Source: an uncultured Actinomycetota bacterium (GTDB lineage Bacteria > Actinomycetota > Actinomycetes > JBEVHX01). From it: a stretch of DNA of 64,000 nt. The translations under genes were made by a program, and so were the position numbers. The notes under the pieces were generated by a model that was not told the origin of the DNA, ran no database searches, and saw only the letters and a list, made by a program, of their open reading frames with translations. Shown here in pieces: positions 28,023 to 38,765 of the stretch; positions within the stretch are counted from its first letter, which is position 1; every line of letters starts with the position of its first letter. The stretch covers positions 64,378-128,377 of the forward strand of contig CAWIIE010000009.1 in assembly GCA_963836025.1 (NCBI GenBank). The letters are read 5' to 3'.

Positions 28023-29957
28023 TCAGCGGGCCGGCGTCCGAGCCACGTCTCGCTCCGGCTCATCGCCGAGCAGCCGCCCGGCCAACTGGTTGATCAACTT
28101 GACGAGATCCGCGTGCTCGGCCGGTGACCAGTCGGCCAACGCCTCCTGCAGCCCGGCCTCGCGGGCCGCGACCAACCTGCCGTATGCCTCCCGGCCCGCC
28201 GGCGTGAGGTCGCCGAGCGCACCCTCGGCAGTGATGGTGCCGTAGCCCGCGTCCAACAGCTCCTGCAGGTACGACAGGTGCGCCGGCTTCAGCCCGCGCG
28301 GCAGTTCGACCGGACCGCCCGCGGCGTCGACCTCCCGACCGGCGCGAGCCAGCATCCAGGTGCCTCCCGGCGACAGCGACAGCCCGGCCCGCTCGGCAAG
28401 TCGCGCATACATGCTCACCACACTGTCCCGACGCAGCGTGGACGTCAGACCGCGCAGCAGCTCCTCGGCCGACGTCCTGGTCTGCGGGAAGCCGCCAGGA
28501 TCCGGCGCGGCCGCCGCAGTCCGGACCGGCCGCTCCCGGATCAGCAACGCAAGCACGAAGGCGAGCACGCCGACGGGGATGGCAAACGTGAAGACGGTCT
28601 GCAACGCACCCGCGGTTGCCTCGGGGGTCGATTCCCCCGCGGCGATCTGTTCGGCGACCTGGTTGGCGTAGATGGTGCCGAACAGCGCAACCCCGAAGCA
28701 CCCGCCGATCGAGCGGAAGAACGCGACGCCGGACGTGGCGACCCCGAGGTCGGCGTAGTCGACGTCGTTCTGGACGGCGATGGTGAGCACCTGAAGCACC
28801 ATGCCCAGGCCGAACCCGAACAGGAACAGGTAGGCAATGACCGTGCTGTCCGGGGTGTCGACCTCGAGTTGGGAGAACAACCACAGGCCGATCGTGAAGA
28901 TCGCGCAGCCGACGACCGGGAACACTTTGTAGCGACCGGTGCGGGAGATGATCTGGCCGCTGCCAATGGACGTGATGAGCAGCCCGACCATCAGCGGGAA
29001 CATCAGCAGGCCGGAGGCAGTCGCGCTCTCGCCGCGCGCGTTCTGGAAGTACGTCGGCAGGAACGTGAACGACCCCATCATCGCGAAGCCGACCACGAAC
29101 GAGATCGCCGTCCCCGACCGAAAGACCGGTTCGGCGAACAGTCGCAGCGGCATGACCGGGTCGGCAGCGCGGCGCTGGCTCGGCACGAACAGCACGAGCA
29201 GGACGACGGCAACACCGACCAGGACCGCGGACTGCCAGGAGACCCACTCGAAGGACGTGCCGCCGAGACTGGTCAGCAGAACCAGCGCGCTCACACCGCC
29301 AGAGAGCAGCAGCGTGCCGGCGTAGTCGATGCGCACCTGCCGGCGCCGCACGCTGGCCGGCAACACAAGGGCCGTGACGACCAGCGCGACCGCAGCGATC
29401 GGCACGTTCACGTAGAACGTCCACCGCCAGTCGAGCTGGTCGACGAGGAAGCCGCCGATCAGTGGGCCGGCAACACTGGACAACCCGTAGACCGCACCGA
29501 ACACGCCCTGGTAGCGACCACGGTCGCGCGGCGCGACGACATCCCCGATGATCGCCTGCGCGAGCACCATCAGGCCGCCGCCGCCGACCCCCTGGATCGC
29601 CCGGAACACGATCAGCTGGGTCATGTCCTGCGCGATCCCGCACAGCACCGAGCCGGCGATGAACACCAGGATGCAGATCTGGTACAGCGCCTTGCGGCCG
29701 TAGAGGTCGCCGAGCTTGCCCCACAAGGGCGTCGAGACGGTGGCGGCCAGCAGGTATGCGGTCACTACCCACGAGATGTGGTTGCCGCCACCGAGGTCTT
29801 CGACGATCGTCGGCAATGCCGTCGAGATGATCGTCTGGTCGAGCGCGGCCAGCAGCGAGCCGAGGATAAGCCCGGTGAAGACGAGCCCGAGCCGTCGGCC
29901 GTACAGCAGCTGTGGTTGCCCGGACTCCTCGGCGACTCCTGCGCGCGGATCCGTCAC
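28023..29957 (-). CDS. MFS drug:H+ antiporter (DHA2/EmrB-QacA type, 14 TMS) with a ~170-aa cytoplasmic C-terminal MarR-like extension
   Basis: Intact 644-aa ORF. Sequence: GLILGSLLAALDQTIISTALPTIVEDLGG...WGKLGDLYGRK. The tail contains LSPGGTWMLARAG...LTPAGREAYGRLVAAREAGLQEALADWSPAEHADLVKLINQLAG. Confidence 0.9.
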   Translation of the reverse strand: MTDPRAGVAEESGQPQLLYGRRLGLVFTGLILGSLLAALDQTIISTALPTIVEDLGGGNHISWVVTAYLLAATVSTPLWGKLGDLYGRKALYQICILVFIAGSVLCGIAQDMTQLIVFRAIQGVGGGGLMVLAQAIIGDVVAPRDRGRYQGVFGAVYGLSSVAGPLIGGFLVDQLDWRWTFYVNVPIAAVALVVTALVLPASVRRRQVRIDYAGTLLLSGGVSALVLLTSLGGTSFEWVSWQSAVLVGVAVVLLVLFVPSQRRAADPVMPLRLFAEPVFRSGTAISFVVGFAMMGSFTFLPTYFQNARGESATASGLLMFPLMVGLLITSIGSGQIISRTGRYKVFPVVGCAIFTIGLWLFSQLEVDTPDSTVIAYLFLFGFGLGMVLQVLTIAVQNDVDYADLGVATSGVAFFRSIGGCFGVALFGTIYANQVAEQIAAGESTPEATAGALQTVFTFAIPVGVLAFVLALLIRERPVRTAAAAPDPGGFPQTRTSAEELLRGLTSTLRRDSVVSMYARLAERAGLSLSPGGTWMLARAGREVDAAGGPVELPRGLKPAHLSYLQELLDAGYGTITAEGALGDLTPAGREAYGRLVAAREAGLQEALADWSPAEHADLVKLINQLAGRLLGDEPERDVARTPAR

Positions 29958-30050
29958 CTGTCCACCCTGGCATCACCGGATGCGACTCGGTGATCAGTCA
30001 CACGGCTTCTCAGCTCGACGGCGTTCGCCCAGGTCGAAGACTGAGCCGCA

Positions 30051-30758
30051 CTATTGCGTCAGCATCTGGTCCTCGCGCTGCCCAGCCCGACGGAACAGGA
30101 AGATCCCCGTCGCCAACATCCACACCCAGAAGCCCAGCGCGGTCACCGTGCTGAGGCCATCGAACACCGACGCGAGCGTGTCCGAGTCGTAGGCCAGACC
30201 GGCGATGACTCCGGCACCGATACCGACCGCGCCGGCGACCAGGCCAACCCAGCACATCCAGGTCGGAAAGAGACCGGATCTGAGCATCGCGAAGGCACTG
30301 ACGAGCACGGCCACCGCAATCGGACCGAACACGAGCTGGAAGAGCCACGAACCGGCGGTGTCGAGAGCCACCACGGCAGTGGGGTCGTGATCGTTGCTGG
30401 CAAGCCAGCCCGCGCCAGCGCCCAACGAGAACGCCGCGATCTCGAGGGCGACGCTGACCACCATCGCTCCGATGGCGAAGTCCATCAGGTGCAGCTGGCG
30501 CGGTGACTGTCGCAGGGATCCGCGGAGCCCGGCAATGATCGCGATCCGGCCGAGAAGGACCACACTGAACCAACCCGCCATGATCGCGGCACCGTCGGCG
30601 TCCTCCACGTACTGCTCAGTGACCTCGGCAGGACTCAGTCCCTGCGTCTCGAGGACCAGTCCTGCGTACGGGATGATCGCGACCCACTCCAACAAGTAGA
30701 GGATCGCTCCGGCCAACATCAAACGGTTGCCGACAAGTGTGCCTTCGGTTGTGCGCAT
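30051..30758 (-). CDS. Integral membrane protein, unknown function (possibly DUF4386-like)
   Basis: Intact 235-aa ORF with about 6 hydrophobic segments. No catalytic motif recognised. Confidence 0.6.
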   Translation of the reverse strand: MRTTEGTLVGNRLMLAGAILYLLEWVAIIPYAGLVLETQGLSPAEVTEQYVEDADGAAIMAGWFSVVLLGRIAIIAGLRGSLRQSPRQLHLMDFAIGAMVVSVALEIAAFSLGAGAGWLASNDHDPTAVVALDTAGSWLFQLVFGPIAVAVLVSAFAMLRSGLFPTWMCWVGLVAGAVGIGAGVIAGLAYDSDTLASVFDGLSTVTALGFWVWMLATGIFLFRRAGQREDQMLTQ

Positions 30759-30777
30759 AGTGCCCCCCTAGGACTCA

Positions 30778-31809
30778 TCACGTCTTCGTGCGTAGGTGCC
30801 CCTTCACCGCCGGGATGACCCTCTCGCCGTACTCACGCAGCGTCGAGTCCTTCGCGTCATGCTGCAGGTACACCGCGAACTGGTCGACGCCGAGCCCGGC
30901 GAGCTCCTGCAGCCTCGCCACATGCGCCTCGACCGAACCAACAACGCAGAACCGGTCAACGATGTCGTCGCTGACGAACTCGGTATGCACGTTGCCCGCG
31001 CGGCCGTGCTCGTTGTAGTCGTAGCCCTGACGGCCGGCGATGTAGTCGGTCAGCGCCGACGGCACCGCTCCCCCACCCGCGCCATAGCGCGCCACGATGT
31101 CGGCGACGTGGTTGCCGACCATCCCGCCAAACCACCGGCACTGGTCGCGCGCGTGCGCCAGCGCCGCATCCGAGCCGTCAGTGACGTATGCGGGAGCCGC
31201 GACGCACACCGTGATCGCATCGGGATCACGCCCCGCCGCGGCGGCGGCCTCGCGCACCGCCTTGATGCTCCACGCGGTGATGTCCGGGTCCGCGAGCTGC
31301 AGGATGAAGCCGTCGCCGACCTCCCCGGTCAACGCCAGCGCCTTTGGGCCGTATGCGGCCACCCAGACCTCGAGCCGGGACGACGGGTTCCACGGGAACC
31401 GCAACGTCGAGCCCTTGTAGGACACCTCCTCGCCGTTGGCCAGGCCGCGGATCACCCCGATGGACTCCCGCAGGGTGGCCAACGTCACCGGCGACCCGTT
31501 GGTCACGCGCACGGCGCTGTCGCCGCGGCCGATGCCGCATACCGTGCGGTTGCCGAACATCTCATTCAGCGTCGCGAACAGCGACGCGGTCACGGTCCAG
31601 TCGCGCGTGGCCGGGTTGGTGACCATCGGGCCGACGGTCACCCGATGCGTCGCCGACAGGATCTGGCTGTAGATGACGAACGGCTCCTCCCACAGCAGGT
31701 GGGAGTCGAAGGTCCACACGTGCGAGAACCCGTACGTCTCTGCCTGCCGGGCCAGGTCGACCACCCGCCAGGCCGGCGGATTCGTCTGCAGCACCACACC
31801 GACGTCCAT
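30778..31809 (-). CDS. Luciferase-like (LLM class) oxidoreductase of the type usually annotated as F420-dependent and found next to hydantoinases
   Basis: Intact 343-aa ORF: GFSHVWTFDSHLLWEEPFVIYSQIL...VGPMVTNPATRDWTVTAS...GIGRGDSAVRV...AAYGPKALALTGEVGDGFILQLADP...RWFGGMVGNHVADIV. Confidence 0.8.
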   Translation of the reverse strand: MDVGVVLQTNPPAWRVVDLARQAETYGFSHVWTFDSHLLWEEPFVIYSQILSATHRVTVGPMVTNPATRDWTVTASLFATLNEMFGNRTVCGIGRGDSAVRVTNGSPVTLATLRESIGVIRGLANGEEVSYKGSTLRFPWNPSSRLEVWVAAYGPKALALTGEVGDGFILQLADPDITAWSIKAVREAAAAAGRDPDAITVCVAAPAYVTDGSDAALAHARDQCRWFGGMVGNHVADIVARYGAGGGAVPSALTDYIAGRQGYDYNEHGRAGNVHTEFVSDDIVDRFCVVGSVEAHVARLQELAGLGVDQFAVYLQHDAKDSTLREYGERVIPAVKGHLRTKT

Positions 31810-31821
31810 CGACCTAACCCC

Positions 31822-33233
<1,412 letters not shown>

Positions 33234-33237
<4 letters not shown>

Positions 33238-34070
33238 GGCTGCACCAGCCCCTCATATGCGTCCGGGCGGCGGTCACGGTAGAACGCCCACCGGTTGCGC
33301 ACCTCGGCGAGCAGGTCCAGGTCGAGGTCGCGCACGACCAGCTCGGGCTTGTATGCGTCCCCCGGCTCGCCCACGAACTTGCCCTCGGGGTCGACGAAGT
33401 ACGACGTGCCGTAGAAGTCGTTCTCGCCGAGCTCTTCGATGCCGACCCGGTTGATCGCCCCGATGTAGTACTCGTTGGCCACCGCGGATGCGGGCTGCTC
33501 CAGTTTCCACAGGTATGCGGACAGGCCGCGGTGCGTGGCCGACGGGTTGAACACGATTTGCGCACCGCCCAGGCCAAGCGCCCGCCACCCCTCGGGGAAG
33601 TGCCGGTCGTAGCAGATGTACACCCCGACCCGGCCGACCGCGGTGTCGAACGTCGGGTACCCCAGGTTTCCGGGGCGGAAGTAGAACTTCTCCCAGAACC
33701 CCTTCACCTGCGGGATGTGCGTCTTGCGGTACTTGCCAAGGTAGGTCCCGTCGGCGTCGACCACGGCCGCGGTGTTGTAGAGGACGCCGGGCTGCTCCTC
33801 CTCATACATCGGCAGGATCATGACCATGCCGAGCTCGGCGGCCAGCGACTGGAACCGCTCGGTCGTCGGGCCGGGAATGGTCTCGGCATACGCGTAGAAC
33901 TGCGGGTCCTGCACCTGGCAGAAGTACGGGCCGTAGAACAGCTCTTGGAAGCAGATCACCTTTGCGCCCTGAGCGGCCGCGTCGCGCGCGTACTGCTCGT
34001 GCGCCTTGGTCATGGACTCCTGGTCGCCGGTCCACTCGGTCTGGACCAGCGCTGCGCGGATCGTCGTCAT
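33234..34070 (-). CDS. Nitrilase-superfamily N-carbamoyl amidohydrolase (beta-ureidopropionase-like)
   Basis: Intact 278-aa ORF with the catalytic-triad context CFQELFYGPYF...YRKTHIP...VYICYDRHFPE. The 4-nt overlap with the hydantoinase start suggests an operon. Confidence 0.85.
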
Positions 34071-34146
34071 TGCAGGACCGTACGACGACGATCGTCCCGA
34101 GGCGAGGCTTTCCGGCTGGTGGCTTGCGGGCGGGAGCCCAGCGCGC

Positions 34147-34581
34147 TTAGGAGCCCTCGCTCACCTCGATCGTGCCGTCGGCCGGGAACTCACCCGCGCC
34201 CTGCCCGGCCACCACGCAGGTGACGCCGAAGGTGCCAGCATCGAGTTCGAACACCTCGTCCACGCTCTCGCCTTCGGGCACCTGGATCTCTTGCGCGACC
34301 TCTCCGTCCGGTCGGGTCACCTGGAAGACCACGACCTCCTCGAGGTCGTTGACAAGCTCGAGCGGAACGTCCCCGGCAGTCGAGGTCTCATCGCCGACCT
34401 CCAGCTCGCAGACAAAGCTCTGCGGGTCAGCCGGGTCCTCCGCCGCTGTCACGGTGGCGGCCGTTCCCGCCGTCGAAGGCTCAGCGTCGCCATCGTCGTC
34501 ACAGCCGGCGGCGAGCAGCGATCCGCCGACCAACAAGACGACGAACAGAAGGCGGGCAGCGCGCACCACGGCGGCCTCCAT
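34147..34581 (-). CDS. Acidic lipoprotein, unknown function
   Basis: Internal ATG 34581 of ORF 34147..34611. The signal and lipobox are LLFVVLLVGGSLLAAGCDDD. The mature part is rich in D/E/V. Confidence 0.55.
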   Translation of the reverse strand: MEAAVVRAARLLFVVLLVGGSLLAAGCDDDGDAEPSTAGTAATVTAAEDPADPQSFVCELEVGDETSTAGDVPLELVNDLEEVVVFQVTRPDGEVAQEIQVPEGESVDEVFELDAGTFGVTCVVAGQGAGEFPADGTIEVSEGS

Positions 34582-34677
34582 CCTCAGGTGAGTCGGCGAA
34601 CCCGACTGCACTGCGAGCGACGCTAGCCCACCATGGGCGGGGTCACCGGACTTAGGCGAAGGATCACCCGTCGCGGG

Positions 34678-35200
34678 TCAGACGACCTTGTGCAGCCAGC
34701 GGACCGGCGCGCCCTCGCCCGCGTGCCGGAACGGCTCGAGCTCGTCGTCCCACGGTTTGCCGAGCAGGCGGTCGACGGTGTCCTGCAGGCCGACCCCGTG
34801 CTGGTCGGAGGCGACGACCGCCGCGCGCAGCCGGTCCTCGGGGATCATCAGGTCGCCGTGCACCCCGATGACGGCGTGAAAGATCCCGAGCCCTGGAGTG
34901 CAGGAGAACCGCGCCCCCTCGTTGCCGAGCGACGGCTCCTCGGTGACCTCGAAGCGGATCTGGTGCCAGCCGCGCAAGCGCGGACGCGATCTTGGCTGCA
35001 GTGCCCGGGTCGCCCTGCCAGGACACCTCGGTGCGGTAGCTGCCGCGCTGTGCCGGCTGCGGCGACCAGTCCAGGCCGACCCGCATCCCGAGGACGCCGG
35101 CCAGCGCCCATTCGACGTGCGGACACAGCGCCGGTGGCGCGGAATGCACGAAGATGACCCCTCGGGCCAGGACGGCGGAAGTCAGCGCTGCAGACGTCAC
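34678..35200 (-). pseudogene. Conserved actinobacterial protein (DUF3145-like), frameshift near ~34975
   Basis: N-terminus GVIFVHSAPPALCPHVEWALAGVLG...SYRTEVSWQGDPGTAAKIASAL is in ORF 34664..35200. It continues RGWHQIRFEVTEEPSLGNEGARFSCTPGLGIFHAV...RWLHKVV in ORF 34678..34977. Confidence 0.75.
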
Positions 35201-35325
35201 AGGACCCTCCTCAAGGTCTAGGTGCGCCTTCCCCAGCGGCCTAGGACCTGTGAGTCGCGGTCGTGTGAACCGGCTCCATCATGCCGGATCCCGGGGCACC
35301 TGATCCAGCACCGACGCGGACCGGC

Positions 35326-36726
35326 CTACAGAACCTCGGCGAGCACCTCGAGCGCGCGCGCATACGCATGGTCGGGCGGGGTCGCATACCCGACCACCAG
35401 TCCGCGCGACGGTGCGGGCTCGGTCAGCCAATGCTCGGCGAGTCCGCGAACCCGCAACGACCGAGCGACGGCCCGTTCGACCACCTCGGCCTCGGACCGG
35501 CCACCCGACGGGAGCTCGACGAGCGCGTGCATGCCGGCCGCGACCCCGGAGACCCGCACCTGCGGTGCAGCCTGGGCCAGCGCCTGCACCAACCGGTTCC
35601 TTCGGATGCGATACCGCTGCCGGCACTGCCGGATGTGTCGGTCGTACTCGCCCTGCTCGATGAAGTCGGCGAGCACCAGCTGGTCGACGACCCCCGGGTG
35701 AAAGTCGGACAGCATCTTGAGCTCGGTGAGCGGCTCGACCAGGTCTTCAGGAACGACCAGCCAGGACAACCGAAGGCCGGGCGCCAGCGTCTTGCTGGCG
35801 GTGCCGGCGTACACGACGCGGTCGGGTGCCAAGCCCTGCAGCGCCCCGACGGGTTGCCGGTCGTAGCGGAACTCGCCGTCGTAGTCGTCCTCGACCACGA
35901 GTCCGTCGACCAGGCAGGCCCACTCGGCGAGCTCGGTGCGCCGGTCGGCGGCGAGCGTCACCCCAAGCGGGTACTGGTGGGCCGGTGTCACGAGCACCAC
36001 CTCGGTGTCGATGGCGGCGACATCGACACCGTGCCTGTCGACCGGTGCGCCGTGACAGCTCAGCCCGGCTCGGTCGGCGATCTGACGATGCAGCAGTGAG
36101 GACGGGTCCTCCACGGTGATGCGTCGCACGCGTCGGTCCGCGAGCACGGTGAGCACCAACGACAGCGCCTGGCCGTAGCCGGAGCAGACGACGATGCGCG
36201 CTGGCGGCGCGAAGACCCCGCGGGCCCGCCCAAGGTAGGCGCTGAGCGCCGCCCGCAGCTCCGGCCGACCGCGCGGGTCGCCGTAGCCGAACGCGTCGTC
36301 CGGCATCCGGGCCAGCACCCGACGAGTGGCCGTGAGCCACGCAGCGCGCGGGAAGCTCGACAGCGTCGGCGTTCCCGGCGTGAGGTCCCACGCCGGCATA
36401 GCCGGCTTGGCCTCGGCGGGCAGCGGCGGTGGCGGGTCTGCCGCCTCGGCCGTCACTGCCGGCATCCGAGCGACCTGGGTGCCGGAGCCCTGGCGCGCGG
36501 CGAGGTAGCCCTCGATCGTCAGCTGGTCGTAGGCCTGGGTCACAGTTCCCCGCGCGATGCCGAGGTCGGCGGCGAGCACGCGGGACGAGGGCAGCCGGGT
36601 GCCCGGCGGCAGCCGGCCGTCGCGGATCGAGGCCCGCAGCTCGCGTTCGAGGCTGCAGCGCAGGTCATCGGGCTCGAGCACCAGGTGCAGATCCAACCCG
36701 GCCGAAGTGGACCAGTCCATCGCCAC
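35326..36726 (-). CDS. MocR/PdxR-type regulator (GntR wHTH fused to a PLP aminotransferase-like domain)
   Basis: Intact 466-aa ORF. The wHTH is LPSSRVLAADLGIARGTVTQAYDQLTIEGYLAARQGSGTQV. The aminotransferase-like part contains the SKTLAPGLRLSW lysine motif. Confidence 0.88.
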   Translation of the reverse strand: MAMDWSTSAGLDLHLVLEPDDLRCSLERELRASIRDGRLPPGTRLPSSRVLAADLGIARGTVTQAYDQLTIEGYLAARQGSGTQVARMPAVTAEAADPPPPLPAEAKPAMPAWDLTPGTPTLSSFPRAAWLTATRRVLARMPDDAFGYGDPRGRPELRAALSAYLGRARGVFAPPARIVVCSGYGQALSLVLTVLADRRVRRITVEDPSSLLHRQIADRAGLSCHGAPVDRHGVDVAAIDTEVVLVTPAHQYPLGVTLAADRRTELAEWACLVDGLVVEDDYDGEFRYDRQPVGALQGLAPDRVVYAGTASKTLAPGLRLSWLVVPEDLVEPLTELKMLSDFHPGVVDQLVLADFIEQGEYDRHIRQCRQRYRIRRNRLVQALAQAAPQVRVSGVAAGMHALVELPSGGRSEAEVVERAVARSLRVRGLAEHWLTEPAPSRGLVVGYATPPDHAYARALEVLAEVL

Positions 36727-36745
36727 AGAAATGGACTGTAGCGCA

Positions 36746-36760
36746 GAGCCAGTCTGGCTC
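36746..36760. promoter_or_regulatory. Perfect palindrome GAGCCAG-T-CTGGCTC in the MocR/EamA divergent intergenic region; candidate operator
   Basis: 7-bp arms, 14 nt upstream of the EamA ATG (36774) and 20 nt from the MocR start (36726). Confidence 0.3.
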
Positions 36761-36773
36761 TAGGCTCAAGCAC

Positions 36774-37781
36774 ATGACGCGTCGCGGCTGGCTGCTGTTC
36801 GCGACCGTCGGCCTGATCTGGGGCATTCCGTACCTGCTGATCAAGGTCGCGGTCGACGAGGTCTCCCCGCCCGTGGTCGTGCTCGCCCGCACCGGCCTCG
36901 GCGCCCTGCTGCTGTTGCCGTTTGCCCTGCGACGCGGCGGTTGGTCGACGCTGCGCGGTCACTGGTGGCCGGTCCTCGCGTTCGCGGTACTCGAGCTGAT
37001 GGGCCCGTGGTTCCTGCTGTCGAACGCGGAACGCACGCTCGACAGCTCGACCACGGGACTGCTGGTCGCGATGGTCCCGGTGCTGGGTGTTGTCGCGGTG
37101 CGGCTGTCCGGCGATGCGTCGCGAATTGGCCCGGCCCGCTGGGCCGGACTCGCGCTTGGGTTGCTTGGGGTCGGCGTGCTCGCGGCGCCGACCCTCGAGG
37201 GCGGCGGCGCGTGGCCGGTCACCCAGGTCATGCTGGCGGCCGTCGGCTACGCGATCGCGCCGATCATCGCCTCGCGCTTCCTGCAGGCGGTGCCCGGTCT
37301 GGTGCTCACCACCGTCTGTCTGGGCCTCACGGCCGTCGTGTATGCGCCGATCGCCGCGCTGAACTGGCCGTCGTCGATGCCGTCGAGCTCGGCGTTGTGG
37401 TCATTGCTCGGCCTGGCCGCCCTGTGCACGGCGCTGGGGCTGGCGTTGTTCTTCGCGTTGATCACCGAGGTCGGCCCGGCGCGCGCGGTCGTGGTCGCAT
37501 ACGTCAACCCGGCGGTGGCCGTGGCCGCTGGTGCACTCGTGCTGGACGAGGCGGTGACCGCATCCACGGTCATCGCGTTTGCCCTGATCCTGGTTGGCTC
37601 TGTGCTCGCGACGAGCCGGCCGCGGGCAGCGGAGCCGGCAGAGGCAGCACCCGAACCGATCCTGGTTCCCGACATCGGCTGCCAGGACGGCGCCGAGCGG
37701 GAGCCGGTGAACCCTGCCGATCAGTCTTCCGGAAAGTCCCCCACCACGCCGTCGAGCAGCTCGCGCGCAATGTCGACATGA
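36774..37781 (+). CDS. EamA/DMT-family transporter
   Basis: ATG 36774 in ORF 36429..37781. About 10 TMS: WGIPYLLIKVAVDEVSPPVVVLARTGLGALLLLPF... The low-complexity tail overlaps the convergent DinB gene by ~60 nt, so the true 3' end is uncertain. Confidence 0.78.
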   Translation: MTRRGWLLFATVGLIWGIPYLLIKVAVDEVSPPVVVLARTGLGALLLLPFALRRGGWSTLRGHWWPVLAFAVLELMGPWFLLSNAERTLDSSTTGLLVAMVPVLGVVAVRLSGDASRIGPARWAGLALGLLGVGVLAAPTLEGGGAWPVTQVMLAAVGYAIAPIIASRFLQAVPGLVLTTVCLGLTAVVYAPIAALNWPSSMPSSSALWSLLGLAALCTALGLALFFALITEVGPARAVVVAYVNPAVAVAAGALVLDEAVTASTVIAFALILVGSVLATSRPRAAEPAEAAPEPILVPDIGCQDGAEREPVNPADQSSGKSPTTPSSSSRAMST

Positions 37782-38221
37782 CCGGCGTGCCGGGCGGTCT
37801 CCTCGATCATGTGGATGAGCACCCAGCGCAGGCTGACCGGCTCGCCCCACCAGGCGCGACCGACCGTCTCGACGTCGAGCTCGTCGATGACCGAGTCGGC
37901 GGCCGCGCACGCGCGCTCGTAGAAGGCCAGGATGTCGGCGGTCGACTCGTGTGCCTCAACCCGTAGGTCAGCGTCGGGATCGTCATCGTCAAGCGGCAGT
38001 GGTTCGGTCTCGCGCCCGAAGGTCTGGCAGAACCAGCTGTACTCGACCGCGGCCAAGTGCTTGACCAGACCGAGCACGCTGGTCCCCGACGGCACCATCT
38101 GCCGGCGTAGCTGCTCGTCGTCGAGTCCCTCGACCTTCCAGCGCACGGCGCTGCGGCACCGCTGCATGCTCGCGTGCAGACTTTCCTTCTCCCCGCCGGT
38201 GAACGGCACCCGGATGACCAC
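37721..38221 (-). CDS. DinB-family (DUF664 / mycothiol-transferase-like) protein
   Basis: C-terminal 166 aa of ORF 37721..39328, from GTG 38221. Sequence: GTSVLGLVKHLAAVEYSWF...SLRWVLIHMIEETARHAGHVDIARELLDG. Confidence 0.75.
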   Translation of the reverse strand: MVIRVPFTGGEKESLHASMQRCRSAVRWKVEGLDDEQLRRQMVPSGTSVLGLVKHLAAVEYSWFCQTFGRETEPLPLDDDDPDADLRVEAHESTADILAFYERACAAADSVIDELDVETVGRAWWGEPVSLRWVLIHMIEETARHAGHVDIARELLDGVVGDFPED

Positions 38222-38226
38222 GGGCG

Positions 38227-38595
38227 TCAGGTCGCTTCCGCGGCCCAGGCGATGGCCGCGTCGCGTTCGTCGGCCTCGAACGCCCTGACTTCGCCGGGCA
38301 TGGCCCAGGCGAACATGCTCACGCCGTCGCGCAACCACCGGTTGTCGGTGACCAGAGCGACCCGTTCCCAGGCACTCCAATCCTTGATGCCGGTCTTCAG
38401 GTCCTGCCAGACCGCGCCGGCTTCCAGGCCGTCGAACTCGCCGCTGAACGCGAACACGACGCGCAACTTGTCGCCCGCGGCCTTGGCTGCCTCGAACGCC
38501 GGGGCCAGCACACCCGTGTAGTCGTCGGTGCCGACCTTGCCGGTGGCCTCGAAGCCGAGCACGCCGTCGGGCATCCCGTCGAGCTGCCGAATCAT
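38227..38595 (-). CDS. STAS/SpoIIAA-like domain protein
   Basis: Internal ATG 38595 of ORF 38227..38721. Sequence: MIRQLDGMPDGVLGFEATGKVGTDDYTGVLAPAFEAAKAAGDKLRVVFAFSGEFDGLEAGAVWQDLKTGIKDWSAWERVALVTDNRW. Confidence 0.7.
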   Translation of the reverse strand: MIRQLDGMPDGVLGFEATGKVGTDDYTGVLAPAFEAAKAAGDKLRVVFAFSGEFDGLEAGAVWQDLKTGIKDWSAWERVALVTDNRWLRDGVSMFAWAMPGEVRAFEADERDAAIAWAAEAT

Positions 38596-38652
38596 CAAGA
38601 CTCCCGTTCTCGCTGGCTGTTTGCCGGTCGGTCGCGAGACTAGGCCACCCCC

Positions 38653-38711
38653 GCGAATGTTGACGTTGGCGGCGTTGGGAGGCAGTCCCAACCCCGCCAA
38701 CGTCAACATCG
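38653..38711. repeat. PAL-1 palindromic repeat, copy 2
   Basis: GCGAATGTTGACGTTGGCGGCGTTGGGA-ggcag-TCCCAACCCCGCCAACGTCAACATCG. It has a 1-nt indel in the outer right arm. It sits in the divergent STAS / ArsR promoter region. Confidence 0.9.
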
Positions 38712-38716
38712 AGGTA

Positions 38717-38734
38717 TACAACTATGTCGTTGTA
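38717..38734. promoter_or_regulatory. Inverted repeat TACAAC-TATGTC-GTTGTA upstream of the ArsR gene; candidate ArsR/SmtB-type operator
   Basis: 6-bp perfect arms in an AT-rich stretch, 32-49 nt upstream of ATG 38766. Confidence 0.35.
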
Positions 38735-38765
38735 CAAACTTTTGGTTGTGCTAGGGTCCGAGACC

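Noticed and set aside
38717-38734. The shared TACAAC/CTACAAC motif in the ArsR, fabD and fasR-like promoters considered as one common regulon signal.
   Set aside because: A 6-7-nt A/T-rich word is expected to occur several times by chance in 128 kb of two-strand sequence at this composition. The surrounding palindromes differ, so I treat them as separate operators.
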